From assembly GCA_002687255.1 (NCBI GenBank), contig NYZR01000013.1, forward strand, positions 1 through 42,106: 42,106 nt of DNA, written 5' to 3'. The position numbers were made by a program, and so were the translations under genes. The notes under the pieces were generated by a model that worked only from the letters and a program-made list of their open reading frames with translations, ran no database searches and had not been told where the DNA came from. This stretch comes from Candidatus Pacearchaeota archaeon (lineage in GTDB: Archaea > Nanobdellota > Nanobdellia > Pacearchaeales > GW2011-AR1). Below, piece by piece: positions 37,685 to 42,106 of the stretch. Every line of letters begins with the position of its first letter. Position 1 is the first letter of the stretch.

Positions 37685-38806
37685 ATGGGTAAAGCTCTTT
37701 TGTCTTCCTTGGTTGCTTTGTTTGTTTTGGTATTAATCGCCTATAACTTAACTTCTTCCGGGATAACTTTTATTTTACATTTGCTCTTGCTCATACTGGG
37801 GCTCTCTATCTCTATTTTGATGACTAATCGTGTGACTAAATCTAAGAATACTTTAAAGTCAAAAATTTACTTCTCTTTTATCTTGCCCTCGTTTATATTC
37901 TTCTCTATAATATTCTCCACTTTTCTTGGAACCCACCATGATATCGAACAATATGGGATAATTCCATCTCTTTTTTCTATGTCTGCGATCATAGTTGGGG
38001 TGATCAGTCTGATAATCGGGGTCGTTTTGTCTCTGAAGAGAAAGAATAGTGGAGACCTTGAATACGATCTAAAACCCACCCTCAAAATTCTGAGCGTGAT
38101 CTTCATACTCCTCTTCGTTCTGTTCTTCTACAACAGAATGTTATTGGGTCTTGCACTCTCAACAGAAGCAAAATCCCTATGCCATCTCACGATCTCTCCG
38201 GAGATTAATTCTCTCCTCTTTAATGCAGGAATCAAAGAAAGGTGTTTGTTTTTGACTTCTATGAAAGAGTCTAAAACAGGGGAGATCACCTGCGGAGAAC
38301 TTGAAGGCAGAGGGGCTAAGAATTCTTGTTACAGTAATACTGCTAAAGAAAGGAGAGATGTGAAGATTTGTGTGGACAACGTCATTCCAGAAGGAAGTTC
38401 ATCAGAATACTATGAATGTTCTTCGGCCATTAATCATCTAAAAGATGATCTTTATGAGATCCTAAAAGACCCTCTGCATCCTGATATTATGTATGCTGTC
38501 AAATCGACACCTGAACTTGGAATCTATTTATCAGGAGCAGGATCTGCTAAATATGCCAGATACTTGCCCCTAGTTGAGAACGTGGCTGCACAGGGTAATT
38601 TGGACGTAAGAAAAGCAGCCCTAGATATCCTAATCAATAGGGCGGCCTCGAAACCATTTGAAGAGGAAAAAAGAATTCTAAGAGAAGAGGTTTTGCCTAT
38701 TATTGGGGAGGATCCAGCACTACAGGAATACACAGAGATGATCAATCAGATTTTGAGTGCTGTTCTCCTGGAACCGATTCCTGGTGTTTCTGTGCCAACA
38801 CCATAA
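37685..38806 (+). CDS. polytopic membrane protein with a C-terminal helical-repeat (HEAT-like) soluble domain
   Basis: 373 aa, with about 5 N-terminal TM segments followed by a Cys-containing helical domain. TTTATATAGG lies upstream. Confidence 0.6.
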   Translation: MGKALLSSLVALFVLVLIAYNLTSSGITFILHLLLLILGLSISILMTNRVTKSKNTLKSKIYFSFILPSFIFFSIIFSTFLGTHHDIEQYGIIPSLFSMSAIIVGVISLIIGVVLSLKRKNSGDLEYDLKPTLKILSVIFILLFVLFFYNRMLLGLALSTEAKSLCHLTISPEINSLLFNAGIKERCLFLTSMKESKTGEITCGELEGRGAKNSCYSNTAKERRDVKICVDNVIPEGSSSEYYECSSAINHLKDDLYEILKDPLHPDIMYAVKSTPELGIYLSGAGSAKYARYLPLVENVAAQGNLDVRKAALDILINRAASKPFEEEKRILREEVLPIIGEDPALQEYTEMINQILSAVLLEPIPGVSVPTP

Positions 38807-38908
38807 CTTCTTCAATAATCTGAGATTGTCAAGTGATTTTGTTAGTTTGATGTTGAGCAAGCTTCTTTTTCTCTTGATTCATGTGAGGGAAAGGTTTATA
38901 ATCTCCTT

Positions 38909-38942
38909 GGAGTATTCATGGTTACTTACTTAGGAATACTCC
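38909..38942 (+). promoter_or_regulatory. 9-bp inverted repeat between the TATA and the ATG of the wHTH gene (candidate operator or leader hairpin)
   Basis: GGAGTATTC-(16 nt)-GAATACTCC ends 1 nt before the ATG at 38944. The TATA GGTTTATAA lies at 38892-38900. Confidence 0.3.
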
Positions 38943-38943
38943 T

Positions 38944-39129
38944 ATGAAATCTCATAGTTTGAAACTGTTGATGTTGTTGAAAGAGCAGAAAGTCGTGACG
39001 AGCTCGGAGGCTGCTCGAGCGCTGAAGGTTTCGTGGAATACTGCTGATAATTATCTGAAAGAGTTGCTTATTGAGGGAAGTGTTGAGCGGTTAAAGAAAC
39101 AGGGGGTGACGTTATGGGTTTTGAAATGA
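38944..39129 (+). CDS. small winged-helix DNA-binding protein
   Basis: LLMLLKEQKVVTSSEAARALKVSWNTADNYLKELLIEGSVERLKKQGVTLWVL has HTH plus wing. Its stop overlaps the next ATG as ATGA. Confidence 0.55.
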   Translation: MKSHSLKLLMLLKEQKVVTSSEAARALKVSWNTADNYLKELLIEGSVERLKKQGVTLWVLK

Positions 39130-39890
39130 GGTTTTCTAGAAGGGGGCAGGCTACGATCTGGGTGTTGGTTGCGTTAGTGATTGTGGTGGCCCTTGCTGTT
39201 TTGTTCTTTTTGCGAGGAGGGGAGGGGCCGAAGGTAGATTTTCAGCAGAGGTTTTCTCCACAAGGATTTTTGGAGCGGTGTGTTCGTGAGAATGTGGAAG
39301 ATGTTATTGAGGTGATGGGGCCTCGAGGAGGGTTTGTGGCGCCGCAGCATTCCCAGATGTTTGATGGGCAGGAAGTGACATATCACTGTTATACCAGGGG
39401 GAACTACTTACCTTGTGTGCAGCAGCATCCGATGTTATTGCGGGAGATGGCTGTGGAAATAAAGAATGAGACGTTCGATGAAATTCAAGGTTGTTATGGC
39501 TTGTTGGAACAAGAAGTGGGAAAGCGTCAGGGTTCTATGGAGACAGACGTTTTGGACATGAACGTTGCTCTGGCAAGGGATCGGATCATCGTTGAGCTGT
39601 TGGGGAGAACGACTATTTCTATCGAAGGTGGAACTGTGAGTTTTGATTCTTTTGAAGTCGAGGTGATGAGTCCTTTAACGAAACTGGCGAATGTGGCGAT
39701 GGAGATTGCAAGTCAAGAGGCGAAGTATTGTTACTTCTCGTATGATGGATATCAGTTGTTGTATCCGAGATTTGACATTCGGAAAACGGTGATGGGTGAT
39801 GATGTTCGTGTGTATACGATTGAAGATAAACCGTCGAAGCAGAAATTCTCATTAGCTATAAGGAGTTGTGCGATACCGCCTGGGATTTAG
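39126..39890 (+). CDS. type IV pilin-like (class III signal peptide) secreted protein
   Basis: MRFSRRGQATIWVLVALVIVVALAVLFFL has a basic N-terminus, an RG/Q prepilin-peptidase-type site and a hydrophobic helix. The body contains Cys. Confidence 0.55.
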   Translation: MRFSRRGQATIWVLVALVIVVALAVLFFLRGGEGPKVDFQQRFSPQGFLERCVRENVEDVIEVMGPRGGFVAPQHSQMFDGQEVTYHCYTRGNYLPCVQQHPMLLREMAVEIKNETFDEIQGCYGLLEQEVGKRQGSMETDVLDMNVALARDRIIVELLGRTTISIEGGTVSFDSFEVEVMSPLTKLANVAMEIASQEAKYCYFSYDGYQLLYPRFDIRKTVMGDDVRVYTIEDKPSKQKFSLAIRSCAIPPGI

Positions 39891-42106
39891 ATGATGTTGA
39901 AGAGGATTGCTCTGTTGGAAGTGTTCTTGTTAGTTGTGGCGACGTTTGCTTTTGCTTCGATTTTGTCTGATGCTTTTACAGGGTCTGTGGTTCCTGAGCA
40001 AGATCGGAAGAGGAGTTTGTTGCCGCCGTTGCTTTCTGGGCTGGGGAGATTGGTGTTTAGTGAAAGAGGACTTGTTTCGGCGTTAGAGGCGGATGACTTG
40101 CAAGAGGGAGCGCATACGTGTCTGCTTGGGAATGATGGGGCGTTCTGCCAAGAGTATATTGCTAGTGATTGCGCTGATGCGTGTTCTGAAGCATGTGTGC
40201 CGACGACTCGGGAGTTTGTCGCTGCGTGTAAGCCGGGGACGTGTTTCGATCCGGTTGAAGGGACTTGTCAAGCTGGAGCTCCGAGAGTGTTATGTGAGGA
40301 ACATGGAGGGGAATGGCTCGAAGACAGATTTGAGAATGTGGCACAGTGTCGGGAGGGCTGTTGTGTGTTGGGAGATCAGACAGATTTTACGACGGAACGG
40401 CAGTGCAGTCGGCAGAGCAATGTCTTAGGGGTTTCTTTTGATTATCGTCCGGAGATTCGGACGGAGATCGAATGTCTTGCTCTGGCGAGGACGCAAGAGG
40501 AAGGGGCGTGCGTTTTCGAAGAAACTGTTGATGGATTGGATCAGCGGAATTGTGTTTTCTCTACTCGGTCTGCGTGTCTTGCTGTTTCGGAGGCAGAGTT
40601 CCATCCCGGGCTGTTGTGCTCAAATCCAGAGCTAGGGACGATTTGTGTCCGGCAATCGAGCACCGCTTGTGTGGAGGATCGGGATGAAGTGTATTGGTTT
40701 GATAGCTGTGGTAATCGGGAGAACATTTATGATGCTAACAAGGCTGCGAGCTTCAACGACGGACGAGTGCAGCCCAAGAACGAGGCGTGTGAGTTGGTTG
40801 TTGGAGGGAATGAAGTCGCTCGGCAGAGCACGTGCGGGAATTGTAATTATTTGTTAGGGAGTAGGTGTGGGACTAGGGGTGGAGGTGAGAGACTTGCTGA
40901 TGGGTCTCAAGAAGTGGTGTGTCGTGCTTTAGGGTGTAAGGATGATCAGGGCAAGGAGCGAAAGAATGGAGAGAGTTGGTGTGTGTATCAGAGTAAGTTG
41001 GGGACGGATGGAAATCCTCCGGAGAGGTCTGTGGCTGTTCCGGGGAGTAGGCACTATCGGCAGGTGTGTCTTGATGGAGAGGTTCGGACGGAGCCGTGTG
41101 CTGATTTTCGGAATGGTATTTGTGTGGAAGATCGAGTTGACTTGCCTTCTGGTGGAGAGTTTGCGAACGCAGCCTGTCGGACGAACTTGTGGCAGCAGTG
41201 TTTGGATTACAACTCACAGATTGAGGATGATCCTGACGAAGGTGTTAGGTTATGTAATGAAAATCCGGATTGTTATATGAATGAAGTTAATCTTGTTCGA
41301 AAAGATAAGGATAATTTCAAGTTTAGCATGTGTGTGCCTGCGCATCCTGCAGGATTTAATTTGCGGACTCGAAATACCGGTCTGGGGGCTTCGGGGATTT
41401 GTGGGATTGCGAGCCAGACGTGCACATATTTTGAGGTTAAGACGCTGACTAGTGGGTGGAAGTGTAAGAGAAACTGTGCGTGTAAGGGGGCAGAGTTTAC
41501 CGAGGATATGCATGATCTGTGTATGTCGTTGGGAGATTGTGGAAGTTCTGTGAATTATGAAGGGACGTATACTAAGAATCATGGGGTTAAGGGGGGAGCT
41601 GATTTGGGAGGGAGTTATGTGAATCGGTTACAGACTTATGATGATGTTGATGCTGGAGAGTATTTGGAGGCTGATTTTGCTGCTCTGTTGGGGATTTTGA
41701 GTGGGGCTCCTGGGGTTGGAGAGGGGATTGGTGAGCCGGAGGCTCCGGAGGATGAGACCAAGGATGAGAGGAGGATTATCCTTCATACTTCTGGAGGGGT
41801 GGGTGTTGCTCTTGCTTCACTGGCCTACATTGCTCCTGCTGCGTTTGGTTCTGTTGGGCTTGGTGCTGGAAGCGTCCTTTCAGCCCTGGGCATACATGGG
41901 GGTGGATTTGGTCTTGGAGCCAGTCCGACCTTTGGTGGTGTTGGATTCGGAGGGGCAGCGATGGGCGCTGCTGTAGGATTTGCTGTTACTGGTCTTCTGA
42001 TTAATATGCTTGGGATAGGGCCTGGTTTAGATCAGGGGGTTGCCTATACCTTGATTGCTGCGGGAGCTCTTGCAGGTGGTGCTCTTGGTTTGGGTGTTGC
42101 TGGGGC
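39891..42106 (+). CDS. large Cys-rich secreted protein followed by a Gly-rich hydrophobic region (3'-partial, runs off the window)
   Basis: The ATG immediately follows the TAG of the previous gene, and the frame stays open to the window end (not in the track). Signal/anchor is MMLKRIALLEVFLLVVATFAFA. There are dozens of Cys in CxxxC/CxC contexts, then GVGVALASLAYIAPAAFGSVGLGAG... Confidence 0.65.
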   Translation, partial: MMLKRIALLEVFLLVVATFAFASILSDAFTGSVVPEQDRKRSLLPPLLSGLGRLVFSERGLVSALEADDLQEGAHTCLLGNDGAFCQEYIASDCADACSEACVPTTREFVAACKPGTCFDPVEGTCQAGAPRVLCEEHGGEWLEDRFENVAQCREGCCVLGDQTDFTTERQCSRQSNVLGVSFDYRPEIRTEIECLALARTQEEGACVFEETVDGLDQRNCVFSTRSACLAVSEAEFHPGLLCSNPELGTICVRQSSTACVEDRDEVYWFDSCGNRENIYDANKAASFNDGRVQPKNEACELVVGGNEVARQSTCGNCNYLLGSRCGTRGGGERLADGSQEVVCRALGCKDDQGKERKNGESWCVYQSKLGTDGNPPERSVAVPGSRHYRQVCLDGEVRTEPCADFRNGICVEDRVDLPSGGEFANAACRTNLWQQCLDYNSQIEDDPDEGVRLCNENPDCYMNEVNLVRKDKDNFKFSMCVPAHPAGFNLRTRNTGLGASGICGIASQTCTYFEVKTLTSGWKCKRNCACKGAEFTEDMHDLCMSLGDCGSSVNYEGTYTKNHGVKGGADLGGSYVNRLQTYDDVDAGEYLEADFAALLGILSGAPGVGEGIGEPEAPEDETKDERRIILHTSGGVGVALASLAYIAPAAFGSVGLGAGSVLSALGIHGGGFGLGASPTFGGVGFGGAAMGAAVGFAVTGLLINMLGIGPGLDQGVAYTLIAAGALAGGALGLGVAG

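Overview
Archaeal chromosomal segment, probably from a small-genome DPANN-type archaeon (inference from gene content only). Archaeal marker genes include aIF5A, L40e, L37ae, RpoP, Spt5, L11, L1, P0/L10, P1/L12, SecE, prefoldin beta, FtsZ and SepF. First cistrons sit about 25 nt downstream of TTTATAA-type TATA boxes (leaderless style), and internal cistrons carry GGAGG/GGGGG Shine-Dalgarno motifs. There are two tRNAs: Pro-UGG and Ser-UGA. Envelope genes include an S-layer protein, a small exosortase/archaeosortase-like protein in an operon with a C-terminally anchored surface protein, a type IV pilin-like protein and a large Cys-rich secreted protein that runs off the window. Housekeeping genes include a site-2 protease, DedA, an AI-2E transporter, an AMP/thymidine phosphorylase-family enzyme, an FKBP, a NUDIX hydrolase and two methyltransferases. 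Accessory genes include VapBC, a Fic protein with a degenerate active site and three orphan receiver-domain proteins. The most unusual observations are these. (1) Two ~1 kb gene cassettes sit exactly at the 3' ends of host genes (rpl40e and a wHTH regulator). Each is bracketed by a 48-61 nt duplication of the host gene's 3' coding end, and the copies differ almost only at synonymous sites. No integrase is visible. (2) A family of 54-65 nt hairpin-rich repeats has four copies. Three start on a codon boundary inside or at the end of ORFs, and one is flanked by a perfect 16-bp target-site-like duplication. (3) Two translationally coupled unknown ORFs are wedged between rpl10 (P0) and rpl12 (P1), and P0 lacks the usual hydrophobic C-terminal motif. 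(4) Spt5 has a 1-nt frameshift, and both Spt5 and L11 carry acidic C-terminal extensions. The first ~165 nt are a visibly GC-rich acyl-CoA dehydrogenase fragment that looks foreign, possibly an assembly chimera. No CRISPR array, rRNA, integrase or transposase was recognised.
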